This document shows, piece after piece, positions 48,473-58,206 of a stretch of 64,000 bases of DNA (the first letter of the stretch is position 1; every line of letters begins with the position of its first letter). The notes below the pieces were generated by a model. That model was not told the DNA's origin. It did no database searches and saw nothing but the letters and a program-made list of their open reading frames with translations. This DNA comes from a plasmid. The DNA is taken from the sequence record NZ_CP049260.1; one strand, 5' to 3'. Both the position numbers and the translations under genes were made by a program.

Positions 48473-49801
48473 TTATGCGGCCGCGAGGCGCGCGCACTGC
48501 TGGCGCATGCCGTTAAAAATAACGTCGGCCAGAGAGGCAGGGAAATCCACCGGGAGCGCGTCGGCCACGCGCGCGATCACCGCAGGCGCGCTGGCTGTCA
48601 GCGCATCAATCATGTCGTTGACCTGCGCCGCCGACAGCCCGGCAAGCTCGCCCTGGCGCAGCCAGTGACGGCGGCGGATCTGGCTCAGATGGTAATAGTT
48701 ACTGCCGCTGCGCACCGCCATCGCCAGCTTGCACTTCTGCCAGGCTATCTGGTTATTACCCGGTCCGATGACCGGCCAGGCGGAAAGGACGTCGTAAAGC
48801 GGCGTCAGGTGGTAGCGGTTGCCGGGCAGATGCGCAATGCTGAAATTCTTGGCGTGGCCGTCGGTCGCGGCGAGGATCCAGAAAATAATCTGCGCGCGGA
48901 AGAAATTCGCGCGATCCGCCTGCGCGTTTTCTGAACGGCTCAGAACCGTCATGATATCACCGATGCCCGGCCCGCCGTCGGCCTGATATTTACGCAGCGG
49001 CGAGACGCCGAGCGCCTGGCACATATCTTCCTGCGGCAGACGCAGCCACCACTGCCCATCGGCCGAAAGACGCCGGTCGAAGCGTTCGACAATCAGCACT
49101 TTTTGCTCATCGAACTGCGCCATCTGCATGCGCGCGACCGGAATATCCCAGGCTTCCAGCAGCTGCGCGCAGAGCCATTCGTTTTCAATCGAGGTGCGCA
49201 TGTCCGCCTGCATATTGCCCACCAGCCCCAGCGGCAGTTTGAAAATATGCGTGGTGGGCGTATTGCCCTCCGGCAGGCACCACTGGCCTTCGTGCCATAG
49301 CAGCGCGGTTTTCTCCTGCGCGCCCGCAATGGAGAGCCGCAGCTCCTCTTCCCCGCCATGCTGGCCGGGAAAGGCCTCTGCGGTGTGGCGCAGCATCGCG
49401 GCAATATCCACTGTGGTGAGTGGCCGGGCGCGAATGGTAAAGAGCCCTTCCGGCGCTTCACCGGCAGGCAGCAGCTGAATGGCGCCGACGCAGTCACGTC
49501 CCAGCTCCGCCAGCAGATCGAACGGCTCCAGGCTCTGCGCCCGGTAGCGCATCGCCAGTCGCCGCCGGATGTTTTCGCTGTCCGGCAGCAGGTTGTCGAA
49601 GTAATCGCGCACCTGCGCGCCACGGTATGACTGATTACCGGGCGTGAACGGCAGCGACAGCGACAGCGGCCTGCCCTGCGGATCGGCAATCCACTCCGGC
49701 AGATAGGTCAGCCGGTCTTCGCCGTTGTGTTTATCCCAGTAACCGACCGGCAGGCCGTTCATCCAGAGCGCTAAACGCGACGTGCGGCGCATGATTACCA
49801 C
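48473..49801 (-). CDS. hipA: HipA-family serine/threonine kinase toxin
   Basis: A 442-aa protein that is collinear with E. coli HipA. It carries the ATDGHAKNFS catalytic-loop motif and the conserved LRLPQEDMCQA block. Confidence 0.85.
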   Translation of the reverse strand: MVIMRRTSRLALWMNGLPVGYWDKHNGEDRLTYLPEWIADPQGRPLSLSLPFTPGNQSYRGAQVRDYFDNLLPDSENIRRRLAMRYRAQSLEPFDLLAELGRDCVGAIQLLPAGEAPEGLFTIRARPLTTVDIAAMLRHTAEAFPGQHGGEEELRLSIAGAQEKTALLWHEGQWCLPEGNTPTTHIFKLPLGLVGNMQADMRTSIENEWLCAQLLEAWDIPVARMQMAQFDEQKVLIVERFDRRLSADGQWWLRLPQEDMCQALGVSPLRKYQADGGPGIGDIMTVLSRSENAQADRANFFRAQIIFWILAATDGHAKNFSIAHLPGNRYHLTPLYDVLSAWPVIGPGNNQIAWQKCKLAMAVRSGSNYYHLSQIRRRHWLRQGELAGLSAAQVNDMIDALTASAPAVIARVADALPVDFPASLADVIFNGMRQQCARLAAA

Positions 49802-50076
49802 ACCTCGCGGTGGGCAGGCGAATCGTCACGCGCGGGCGCGTCAGTCTCCGCCGCCTGCGTTTCGCACAGCGTCATCTCAATGCCCAGCACGTTAAAGACG
49901 CGGAACAGGCGCTCGATGCTGGCCGTTTCGGGGTTCGCCTCCAGCCGCGCGTAGGTTTGCTGCGTGACGCCAAGCCGCGCCGAAACCTCTTTCTGGGTCA
50001 GCCCCTGTTTTTTACGAAAGCCCACCAGCAGCGGGCGCAGCTGGCTGAGCGTTTTCAGTGGATACCGGGTGTTCAT
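49795..50076 (-). CDS. hipB: HipB antitoxin (XRE-family HTH repressor)
   Basis: A 93-aa protein whose HTH motif (QGLTQKEVSARLGVTQQTYARLE) is similar to E. coli HipB. Its last codons overlap the hipA start. Confidence 0.8.
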   Translation of the reverse strand: MNTRYPLKTLSQLRPLLVGFRKKQGLTQKEVSARLGVTQQTYARLEANPETASIERLFRVFNVLGIEMTLCETQAAETDAPARDDSPAHREVW

Positions 50077-50110
50077 CTTGCTGGTCGCACCTTCAGATAC
50101 ATACGATAAG

Positions 50111-50198
50111 CTGTATTCTCTATTTTACACCCTTCAGGCTGTAGCATGCAATTACAGCGTAAAGGGTGTTAAACGCAGAATACAGCCTGAACGCTGTA
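50111..50198. promoter_or_regulatory. hipBA promoter/operator region with repeated TACAGC/GCTGTA half-site palindromes
   Basis: Palindromes TACAGC-ctgaac-GCTGTA (50181-50198), GCTGTA-gcatgcaat-TACAGC (50140-50158) and a further GCTGTA at 50111. They sit immediately upstream of hipB and resemble the multiple HipB operators of E. coli, with different half-sites. Confidence 0.4.
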
Positions 50199-50206
50199 AA
50201 ACGGCA

Positions 50207-51091
50207 TTATACGTGGCTTTTACCACGCGACCAGTACGCCATAAAACAGGCACGGGCGGGATCGAGCTGGCGCTCACGCGTCAGGTAGTGACGCAGCCGT
50301 TTCACCGCGCCGGATTCCGCGGCCACCCAGGCGCGAAACGCCCCTGCCCCGCCAGCGCGCTGCCAGATGAGCGTCTCTTCATCGTCATCTTCAGTCATCT
50401 GCGTCGACACCTGCTCGCTTACGGGCAGCGTCGCGGCGTCTTTCACCGCTTCCAGCAGCCGTTCGCCGTGCAGAACGTTTTCATCACGCGCCAGCCAGTG
50501 AATATCGGCAAAGGGATAACGCAGCGGCTGGATATCCTGCGCCAGGGGCACTTCCAGAAACGCCTGGACGCGCGGCGGCGCAGGCTGGCGCGCGAGCTGT
50601 TCAAGGATGCCGAGTGCGGCGGGCAGCGCGGTTTCATCAGCCACCAGCAGCGCCTGACGAAGCGCCTCGTCAGCGCTCCATTCATAGCCGCCGCTGTCGC
50701 CGGGGAAATCTCGATCCGGCGCGACGATTTGCAGCGTATCGCCGGGTCTGGCGTTCATCGCCCAGCGCGACGCCGGGCCGCTGTCGCCGTGCAGGACGAA
50801 CTCGACGTCCAGCTCGCACGCCTCTCTGCGCAGCGCGCGCAACGTGTAGGTGCGCATAAAAGGCCGCCGCTCGCGCGGCAGCGCCAGATAATCCTGATAC
50901 CAGCTGTCGCTCACCGGCAGCCGGGCGGTGTTGCCGTCGGGTCTGGCGAACATCAGCTTGATGCGCTGATCGGGCGCTTCATGTTTCATGTGCGCCACAT
51001 CCGGGCCGGTAAACACGCAGCGCAGCAGCGAAGGGGTGACAGAAATGCGACGGCGCAGCGTCACGTTAAAAATGCGGTAACTGGCGGTCAT
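50207..51091 (-). CDS. Siderophore-interacting protein (ViuB/YqjH-like ferric-siderophore reductase, FAD-binding)
   Basis: A 294-aa protein. The 'RTYTLR' FAD-binding signature and its size fit the SIP family. It overlaps the upstream MFS gene by 4 nt. Confidence 0.7.
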   Translation of the reverse strand: MTASYRIFNVTLRRRISVTPSLLRCVFTGPDVAHMKHEAPDQRIKLMFARPDGNTARLPVSDSWYQDYLALPRERRPFMRTYTLRALRREACELDVEFVLHGDSGPASRWAMNARPGDTLQIVAPDRDFPGDSGGYEWSADEALRQALLVADETALPAALGILEQLARQPAPPRVQAFLEVPLAQDIQPLRYPFADIHWLARDENVLHGERLLEAVKDAATLPVSEQVSTQMTEDDDEETLIWQRAGGAGAFRAWVAAESGAVKRLRHYLTRERQLDPARACFMAYWSRGKSHV

Positions 51092-52299
51092 ACGGTGGGC
51101 TCCTGCGGCGCGGCGTGACGCCAGACGCCGATGCTTAACAGTAAAAACAGCGCGGCAGTGATAAAAGCGGCGGCAATCAGCATATGCTCGCCAAGCCAGA
51201 GAGAAATTACCGGCACCAGCAGGGCGCTTGCGCCGTAGCCGAGCGTGTGGCTGGTGGCGATAACGCCCGCGCCTTTGCCGGTGGTGAGACGGTCATTCAG
51301 CAACACCTGATAGCCAGGCGTCGCCATCGCCGCGCCGAAAGAGGTCACGGCGATACCGGCGTAAAAAGTAATAAGCCCCGGCAGGATCATCAACAGCAGA
51401 CCGGCGGCCATCAGGACCGCCGCCGCCAGCAACAGCGCGCGCGGCTGAAGGCGCTGTGGACGCACCACCAGGAACTGCGCCAGTAGCGTGCTCGCCGCCG
51501 CCAGGCTTAACAGCAGCGCCACGTGATGGCTGACGGCACGGAGATCGCCATGAAACAGCGGCCTCAGATGCGGCGACAGGCCGAGCTGCATCAGGCTGAT
51601 CGCAGCGGCCAGCAGTAACGCGAGCAAAAGGAAAGGCAGCATATCCGCACGCAGGCGCGCCGACTGGTGCGCCACGGGCGCGAGCGGCGGATCGTTATGC
51701 TGGCGCGCCACCAGCAGCAGCGCGATAAAAGGCGCGAGCGCCATCAGCCAGAGCGGCATCTGCGGGTGAACGCTTAACGCGGCGGCGGCCAGCGGCGGGC
51801 CGATAAGACGCCCGCAGCTCAGGCCGGAACTGATGGACGCAAGCGCCGCGAGCCGGTGCTCCCTACCCGCCCGCTGCATGGCCCACGTCTGGGCGGCGGG
51901 CACCATGCCGGAGACCGTCAGGCCGTAAAGCGCGCGGGAGACAATCAGCCCGGCAAGCCCTGAGGCAGCGCCGACCACGCCGCGCGCCATCCCCCAGACC
52001 ACCAGCGCCATCACGGCGAAACTCAGCAGATAGCCGCCGAGCGCCGCCACGACCACAAATTTACAGCCACGCACTTCCGTCTGGCGTCCCCACCAGGGCG
52101 ATCCGGGCAGAAACAGCATCGAGCCGAACATTAGCAGGCCGGCCCAGACGGAGAGCGACAGTCCCGTCATCTGCACCAGTTGGGGTAATACCACCAGCAA
52201 ACCATTCTGCCCGATCCCGAGCAGACCCGCGCACAGCGCCAGCGGCCAGAGCGATTGTCCTGTGCGGCGGGCGTGTACAGCGTGAGAAGAAGCATCCAT
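51088..52299 (-). CDS. MFS transporter divergent from iucA (ShiF-like)
   Basis: A 403-aa protein with 12 predicted TM helices. Its position, divergent from iucA, matches the shiF gene of aerobactin islands. Confidence 0.7.
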   Translation of the reverse strand: MDASSHAVHARRTGQSLWPLALCAGLLGIGQNGLLVVLPQLVQMTGLSLSVWAGLLMFGSMLFLPGSPWWGRQTEVRGCKFVVVAALGGYLLSFAVMALVVWGMARGVVGAASGLAGLIVSRALYGLTVSGMVPAAQTWAMQRAGREHRLAALASISSGLSCGRLIGPPLAAAALSVHPQMPLWLMALAPFIALLLVARQHNDPPLAPVAHQSARLRADMLPFLLLALLLAAAISLMQLGLSPHLRPLFHGDLRAVSHHVALLLSLAAASTLLAQFLVVRPQRLQPRALLLAAAVLMAAGLLLMILPGLITFYAGIAVTSFGAAMATPGYQVLLNDRLTTGKGAGVIATSHTLGYGASALLVPVISLWLGEHMLIAAAFITAALFLLLSIGVWRHAAPQEPTV

Positions 52300-52397
52300 A
52301 AGCAGGTAAATATATTGTCAATAAAGATGAGGGAATTATGAAATTAATGAAAACAAATATTGCAAAAATAGTTGCCACTGTAAATAGAATCCCTATC

Positions 52398-52416
52398 ATA
52401 ACGATAATCATTATCA
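52398..52416. promoter_or_regulatory. Fur box in the divergent MFS/iucA promoter region
   Basis: 'ACGATAATCATTATCAACA' contains GATAATCATTATC, a 13/13 match to the 3' part of the Fur consensus GATAATGATAATCATTATC. Confidence 0.65.
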
Positions 52417-52434
52417 ACAAAGGCTGTGTTTGTT

Positions 52435-54183
52435 ATGGTTTCCCTGCCCCGCCCTGCCGCGACAGATGTCGCGGCTCAGTGTTTTCTTAACGCGCTGCTG
52501 CGTGAAACCCGGGACTGGCAACTGATCCCCGGCGCATTACCGCAGGAGCCGGCGCAGATCCATTTACCACTCTCTGAGACGCAGGCAATCCGTATTGCGC
52601 TGCGCTACTTCTCTCCGACGCAACATCATCAGTATCTGTTTCCGGCAATGCTGGTGGCAAGCGATAACGATAGCTGCGAACCCATTAATTTCACAAAGCT
52701 TGTCGACCTCATTCTGGCGAAGCCCGCCGTAAAAGGCGAACTGACCGATGACGTACTGGCCCGTTTTGCGCGCCGCGTTCAGGAGAGCCACCGCCATACC
52801 TGGCAGGCGATTGAACTGCGTCACGACTGGGCCACGCTTCGCGCGCAGCCGCTCAACTTTGCAGAGGCAGAACAGGCGCTGCTGGTCGGGCATGCGTTTC
52901 ACCCGGCACCGAAATCGCACGAGCCGTTTAATGAGACCGAAGCCCGCCGCTATCTGCCGGATTTCGCGCCGCGCTTTCCGCTGCGCTGGTTTGCGGTGAA
53001 TAAGGCGTATGTGGCAGGCGAGAGTCTGGCGTTAGATCTGCGTACGCGTCTGCTGCGTTTCGCGGCCCAGAGCGCGCCTGCGCTGCTTGAGCACTTTACC
53101 GATACACGCTGGCTGGTGCCGATGCACCCGTGGCAGGCCGCGTATCTGCTCGCGCAGCCGTGGTGTCAGGCGCTGGTGGAGAAGGGCGAGCTTACCGATC
53201 TGGGCGAAGCAGGCGCGCCGTGGCTGCCGACCAGTTCTTCGCGTTCGCTCTACAGCGAAACCAATAACGACATGATCAAATTCTCGCTCAGCGTGCGTCT
53301 TACTAACTCGGTGCGCACGCTGTCGGTAAAAGAAGTGAAACGCGGCATGCGTCTGGCGCGGATGGCGCAGACTCCCCGCTGGCAGGCGTTGCAGGCGCGT
53401 TATCCGACCATGCGCGTCATGCAGGAAGATGGCTGGATGGGCCTTTGCGACACGCAGGGGACTATTCAGGAAGAGAGCCTGATGGCGCTGCGCGTCAATC
53501 TGCTGTTCGACACGCCAGACACCCAGACCAACGTGCTGGTGAGCCTGACTCAGGCCGCGCCGGACGGCGGCGACAGCCTGCTGGCCTGCGCCGTGCGCCG
53601 CCTCAGTGAACGCCTCAGCCTGCCGCTCGCACAGGCGGCGCGCTGCTGGGTGCAGGCGTACTGCGAACGCATTCTGCTGCCGCTTTTCAGCGCCGAAGCC
53701 GATTACGGCCTGGTACTGCTGGCGCATCAGCAAAATATTCTGGTGGAGATGCAGCAGGATCTGCCGGTCGGCCTGATTTATCGCGACTGTCAGGGCAGCG
53801 GCTTTACCGATGGCGCGCTGCTGTGGCTTGCGGAGGCCGGCGAGCCGGAAGCGGAAAACCGCTTCAGCGAAGCCCAGCTGCTGCGCTACTTCCCGTATTA
53901 CCTGCTGGTGAACTCCACGCTGGCGGTAACCGCCGCGCTGGGTGCCGCCGGGTTTGAGAGCGAAGAAAAGCTGATGGCGCTGGTGCGTGACGCGCTCGCG
54001 CAACTGCGCGCCACCGCGCGCGATACCCGCTGCCTCGATTATGTGCTGGAGAGCCGCCACTGGAACTGCAAGGGCAACTTCTTCTGCTATCTGCACGATC
54101 ACAACGAAAACACCATCGCCGACCCGGCGGTCATCTACTTTAACTTCGACAATCCGTTTGCAGGGAGCACGCATGATGCCTGA
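52435..54183 (+). CDS. iucA: Aerobactin synthetase subunit IucA (NIS synthetase type A)
   Basis: IucA/IucC-family motifs are present, including the N-terminal 'AAQCFLNALLRETRDW', which is almost identical to E. coli IucA. The start is the ATG at 52435 or the GTG at 52426. Confidence 0.85.
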   Translation: MVSLPRPAATDVAAQCFLNALLRETRDWQLIPGALPQEPAQIHLPLSETQAIRIALRYFSPTQHHQYLFPAMLVASDNDSCEPINFTKLVDLILAKPAVKGELTDDVLARFARRVQESHRHTWQAIELRHDWATLRAQPLNFAEAEQALLVGHAFHPAPKSHEPFNETEARRYLPDFAPRFPLRWFAVNKAYVAGESLALDLRTRLLRFAAQSAPALLEHFTDTRWLVPMHPWQAAYLLAQPWCQALVEKGELTDLGEAGAPWLPTSSSRSLYSETNNDMIKFSLSVRLTNSVRTLSVKEVKRGMRLARMAQTPRWQALQARYPTMRVMQEDGWMGLCDTQGTIQEESLMALRVNLLFDTPDTQTNVLVSLTQAAPDGGDSLLACAVRRLSERLSLPLAQAARCWVQAYCERILLPLFSAEADYGLVLLAHQQNILVEMQQDLPVGLIYRDCQGSGFTDGALLWLAEAGEPEAENRFSEAQLLRYFPYYLLVNSTLAVTAALGAAGFESEEKLMALVRDALAQLRATARDTRCLDYVLESRHWNCKGNFFCYLHDHNENTIADPAVIYFNFDNPFAGSTHDA

Positions 54184-55123
54184 AGCGCACATTGTTCATG
54201 ACGGTTACGGTTTTCGCTGCGCGACGCTCAATCTGGCGCTGCCGCTGGCCCTCGGGCTTGACGGCAGCGCCGTACTGCATCATCCGGGCGACGTGCCAGA
54301 CGGGTGGCTGGCGGCCACTCTCGATCAGTTGTTTGTCGCGGCGCCTGCCCTCACGGGCATTACGCTGCCGTGGGCGCAGTGGCGCGATGAACCGCAGGCG
54401 CAGGCGCTGTTTGACGCCGTACAGTGCGATTATCTGGCGCGCGACACGTTCTGGCAGCTGCCGCTGTGGCTGCGCGGCGAACGCATCGCCGCACGTGCGG
54501 GAATACAGTTTGACGAGACGCGCCAGCTCGCGTTCCCGGCGCGTCCGCCGCGGCCAGAAGGCGAGGTCTATCGCCGCTACGATGCGCAAATCAAACGCAT
54601 GCTCAGTTTCCGCGTGGCGGATGTGTCGCAAGATGCGGAGCGTTTTACCCGCTGGATGAACGCGCCGCGCGTGAACGCCTTCTGGGAGATGGCCGGGCCG
54701 CAGGCGGAGCAGGAGAATTACCTGCGTAAGCAGCTCGACGCGACGTACTGCTACCCGCTGATCGGCTGCTTCGACGACGAACCTTTCGGCTATTTTGAAA
54801 TTTACTGGGCTGCGGAAGACCGTATCGGCCGCCACTACCGCTGGCAGCCGTTCGATCGCGGGCTGCATATGCTGGTGGGCGAAGAGCAGTGGCGCGGCGC
54901 GCAGTACATCCGCAGCTGGCTGCGCGGGCTGAGCCACTATCTGTGGCTGGACGAGCCGCGCACACAACGTCTGGTGGCGGAACCGCGCTTCGATAACCAG
55001 CGCCTGTTCCGCCATCTGCCTGTCGCCGGTTTTGAAACCGTGAAAGAGTTCGATTTTCCACACAAGCGCTCGCGGCTGGTGATGAGCCAGCGCAGCCGTT
55101 TCTTCAGTGAGGTGGGACTATGA
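54173..55123 (+). CDS. iucB: N6-hydroxylysine O-acetyltransferase IucB
   Basis: A 316-aa protein from the ATG that overlaps the iucA stop. The siderophore-acetyltransferase block 'GYFEIYWAAEDRIG' is present. Confidence 0.8.
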   Translation: MMPEAHIVHDGYGFRCATLNLALPLALGLDGSAVLHHPGDVPDGWLAATLDQLFVAAPALTGITLPWAQWRDEPQAQALFDAVQCDYLARDTFWQLPLWLRGERIAARAGIQFDETRQLAFPARPPRPEGEVYRRYDAQIKRMLSFRVADVSQDAERFTRWMNAPRVNAFWEMAGPQAEQENYLRKQLDATYCYPLIGCFDDEPFGYFEIYWAAEDRIGRHYRWQPFDRGLHMLVGEEQWRGAQYIRSWLRGLSHYLWLDEPRTQRLVAEPRFDNQRLFRHLPVAGFETVKEFDFPHKRSRLVMSQRSRFFSEVGL

Positions 55124-56865
55124 CGGCCTCGCTGTGGGAGCGCGTGAACCGCGAGATGGTGGCGAAAATGCTCGCCGAGCTGGAATATGAACGCACGCTG
55201 ACGGCGCAGGAAACGGGGGCCAACCGCTGGACGATTGCGCTTGGCGATGAGACCTGGACATTTGACGCGAAGCGCGGCATCTGGGGCTGGCTGCATATCA
55301 ACCCGGCGACGCTCACAAACGAGAGCGGCAGCGCCATTGAGGCTGAAAGCGCCCTGCGCCAGCTGGCCGTGGTGCTGAAAATGAGCGACGCGCAGACGGC
55401 GGAGCATCTCGAAGATCTCTACGCCACGCTCAGGGGCGATATGCAGTTGCTGGAGGCGCGTAAGGAACTTAACGCCGACGCGCTTATTGATATGGATCCG
55501 GATGAACTGCAGTGCCTGATGTCAGGCCATCCGAAATTTATCTTCAACAAAGGACGTCGCGGCTGGGGGCTGGATGCGCTGAAGGCTTACGCGCCGGAAT
55601 ACCGTGGCCGTTTTCGCCTGCACTGGGTGGCGGTACGCCGTGACCTGATGGTCTGGAGCAGCGACGCCGACTGCGACATCAATAATCTGCTGGCAAGCGC
55701 GATGGACGGCAGCGAACGCCAGCGTTTTACCCGCTACTGGCAGGCGCTGCATCTGGATGACCACTGGCTGCCGGTGCCGCTGCATCCGTGGCAGTGGCAG
55801 CAGAAAATCGCCCTGCATTTTCTGCCGCAGCTGGCGCGCGGTGAAATTATCGATCTCGGCGTGTTTGGCGATGAATACATCGCACAGCAGTCGCTGCGCA
55901 CGCTGACCAACGTCAGCCGCCGCTCATCGTTCGATATCAAACTGCCGCTCACGATTTACAACACCTCCTGCTACCGCGGCATTCCGGGCAAATACATCGC
56001 CGCCGGGCCGCTCGCCTCGCGCTGGCTGCAACAGCAGTTCGCCAGCGATAAAACGCTGCTGGCGCTGGGCGCGCAGATCCTCGGCGAGCCTGCGGCCGGT
56101 TACGTGACGCACACCGGTTACGCCGCGCTGAAAACCGCGCCCTATCGCTATCAGGAGATGTTTGGCGTGATCTGGCGGGAAAACCCCTCCTGCTGGCTGC
56201 GCCCCGGCGAACAGGCCGTGCTGATGGCCGCGCTGATGGAAACCGACAACGCGGGACGCCCGCTGATTGACGCGTGGATCGCCCGTTCGGGCCTGAACGC
56301 CGAAGCGTGGCTTGCACAGCTCTTCCGCGTGGTTGTTATTCCGTTTTATCACCTGCTGTGCCGGTACGGCGTGGCGCTGATCGCCCACGGTCAGAACGTG
56401 ACGCTGGTGATGAAAGACCATGTGCCGCAGCGCATTCTGCTGAAGGATTTCCAGGGCGATATGCGTCTTGTGGATGAAACGTTCCCGGAAATGGAGAGCC
56501 TGCCGGAGCCGGTCAAAGCCGTCACGGCGCGCCTTTCTGCTGATTACATTATTCACGATTTACAGACCGGGCATTTTGTTACGGTGCTGCGTTTCGTCTC
56601 GCGCCTGACTGAACAGGGCGGCGTCAGCGAAACCCGGTTCTATCGCCTGCTCGCGGACGTACTGCATGACTATATGGCCGCGCACCCGGAGATGGCGGCG
56701 CGCTTCGCGCGCTTTGATCTCTTTAAACCGCAGATCATTCGCGTGGTGCTCAACCCGGTCAAACTCACTTTCTCCGAGCATGACGGCGGCAGCCGCATGT
56801 TGCCCAATTACCTTACCGATCTTGATAACCCGCTGTATCTGGTCACCAGGGAGACCGCATCATGA
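55120..56865 (+). CDS. iucC: Aerobactin synthetase subunit IucC (NIS synthetase type C)
   Basis: A 581-aa IucA/IucC-family protein. It overlaps iucB and iucD by 4 nt each. Confidence 0.85.
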   Translation: MTASLWERVNREMVAKMLAELEYERTLTAQETGANRWTIALGDETWTFDAKRGIWGWLHINPATLTNESGSAIEAESALRQLAVVLKMSDAQTAEHLEDLYATLRGDMQLLEARKELNADALIDMDPDELQCLMSGHPKFIFNKGRRGWGLDALKAYAPEYRGRFRLHWVAVRRDLMVWSSDADCDINNLLASAMDGSERQRFTRYWQALHLDDHWLPVPLHPWQWQQKIALHFLPQLARGEIIDLGVFGDEYIAQQSLRTLTNVSRRSSFDIKLPLTIYNTSCYRGIPGKYIAAGPLASRWLQQQFASDKTLLALGAQILGEPAAGYVTHTGYAALKTAPYRYQEMFGVIWRENPSCWLRPGEQAVLMAALMETDNAGRPLIDAWIARSGLNAEAWLAQLFRVVVIPFYHLLCRYGVALIAHGQNVTLVMKDHVPQRILLKDFQGDMRLVDETFPEMESLPEPVKAVTARLSADYIIHDLQTGHFVTVLRFVSRLTEQGGVSETRFYRLLADVLHDYMAAHPEMAARFARFDLFKPQIIRVVLNPVKLTFSEHDGGSRMLPNYLTDLDNPLYLVTRETAS

Positions 56866-58184
56866 AAACGTACGATTTCATCGGCATTGGCATCGGCCCG
56901 TTCAATCTCAGCATCGCCGCGCTCGCCGAAGGGCTTGACGGCTTCAGCTCGCTGTTCCTTGAACGCAAACCGCACTTCTCCTGGCATCCGGGCATGATGG
57001 TGCCGGACTGCCATATGCAGACCAGTTTCCTCAAAGATCTGGTCAGCGCGGTGGAGCCAACCAACCGTTACAGTTTTCTGAACTACCTGGTGCAGCGCAA
57101 AAAGTTTTACCGTTTCCTGACCACCGAGCAGCGCACGGTGTCCCGTGAAGAGTTCGCCGATTACCTCTGCTGGGCGGCAGATAACCTGAGCAATCTGTCG
57201 TTCAGTCAGCAGGTGCAGCAGGTGAGTTTTAACGAGGCCAGCGGGCTGTTTGAAGTGGTGACCCAGCGCGATCGTTTCTTCGCACGCCACGTCTGCATGG
57301 GCATCGGTAAACAGGTTAATCTGCCCGACTGCGTGCCGGCGCAGAACGACCATTGCTTCCACGCCAGCGAAATGATGCTGCGCACGCCGTCGCTTGCCGG
57401 TAAGCGAGTGACGGTCGTTGGCGGCGGCCAGAGCGGTGCCGACCTGTTCCTGAATATTTTCCGCGGCGAGTGGGGCCAGCCCGCGGCACTGAACTGGGTG
57501 TCGCGCCGCAACAATTACAACGCGCTCGATGAAGCCGCGTTCGCGAACGAATATTTCACGCCGGAATACCTTGAAAGCTTTGCCACGCTCGATGAGAAAA
57601 CGCGCTGCGATCTGCTCGCCGAACAGAAGATGACGTCTGACGGCGTGACCTGCGAATCGCTGCTCGCTATCTATCGCGCCATGTACCACCGCTTTGAAGT
57701 GCTGCGTGAAAAACCCTGGGCGCAGCTGCTGCCGTCGCGCTCGGTCACCCGCGTGACGCCACAGGCGCAGGGCCAGCGTCTGTCGCTGCGACATCATCTG
57801 GATGGCGGCCAGGAAACGCTGGATACCGATGTGGTGATTTTCGCGACCGGCTATCGCCCTGCCCGTCCGGCGTTCCTCGCCCCGCTGGCGCATCGGCTGG
57901 AGCTGGACGAACGCGAAGGCTTCCGGGTTAATACCGATTTCACGCTGGCGTGGAACGGCCCCGGCGCAAACCATCTTTTTGCCGTCAATGCCGGGATGCA
58001 CAGCCTCGGCATTGCGGAACCTCAGCTCAGCCTGATGGCCTGGCGGGCCGCGCGCATTCTCAATGTCGCGCATCCTGACACGCCGTTTGAACTGAGCACC
58101 ACCCCTGGCGTGATCCAGTGGCTTTCCCGGCCGGAAACGGTCACCCGCCAGGTTTCTCAACCTGTAAACAGCACTGACTACTAA
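56862..58184 (+). CDS. iucD: L-lysine N6-monooxygenase IucD
   Basis: It is near-collinear with E. coli IucD (DFIGIGIGPFNLSIAAL, FSWHPGMMVPDCHMQT, VVGGGQSGADLF, IFATGYR). Confidence 0.9.
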   Translation: MKTYDFIGIGIGPFNLSIAALAEGLDGFSSLFLERKPHFSWHPGMMVPDCHMQTSFLKDLVSAVEPTNRYSFLNYLVQRKKFYRFLTTEQRTVSREEFADYLCWAADNLSNLSFSQQVQQVSFNEASGLFEVVTQRDRFFARHVCMGIGKQVNLPDCVPAQNDHCFHASEMMLRTPSLAGKRVTVVGGGQSGADLFLNIFRGEWGQPAALNWVSRRNNYNALDEAAFANEYFTPEYLESFATLDEKTRCDLLAEQKMTSDGVTCESLLAIYRAMYHRFEVLREKPWAQLLPSRSVTRVTPQAQGQRLSLRHHLDGGQETLDTDVVIFATGYRPARPAFLAPLAHRLELDEREGFRVNTDFTLAWNGPGANHLFAVNAGMHSLGIAEPQLSLMAWRAARILNVAHPDTPFELSTTPGVIQWLSRPETVTRQVSQPVNSTDY

Positions 58185-58206
58185 CAGACTCAGGAACACC
58201 ATAACA

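Noticed and set aside
53032-54192. A 386-aa minus-strand ORF opposite iucA, and 54140..55063 opposite iucB
   Set aside because: They lie antisense to aerobactin genes that closely match E. coli proteins. Both are low-complexity and Arg-rich.
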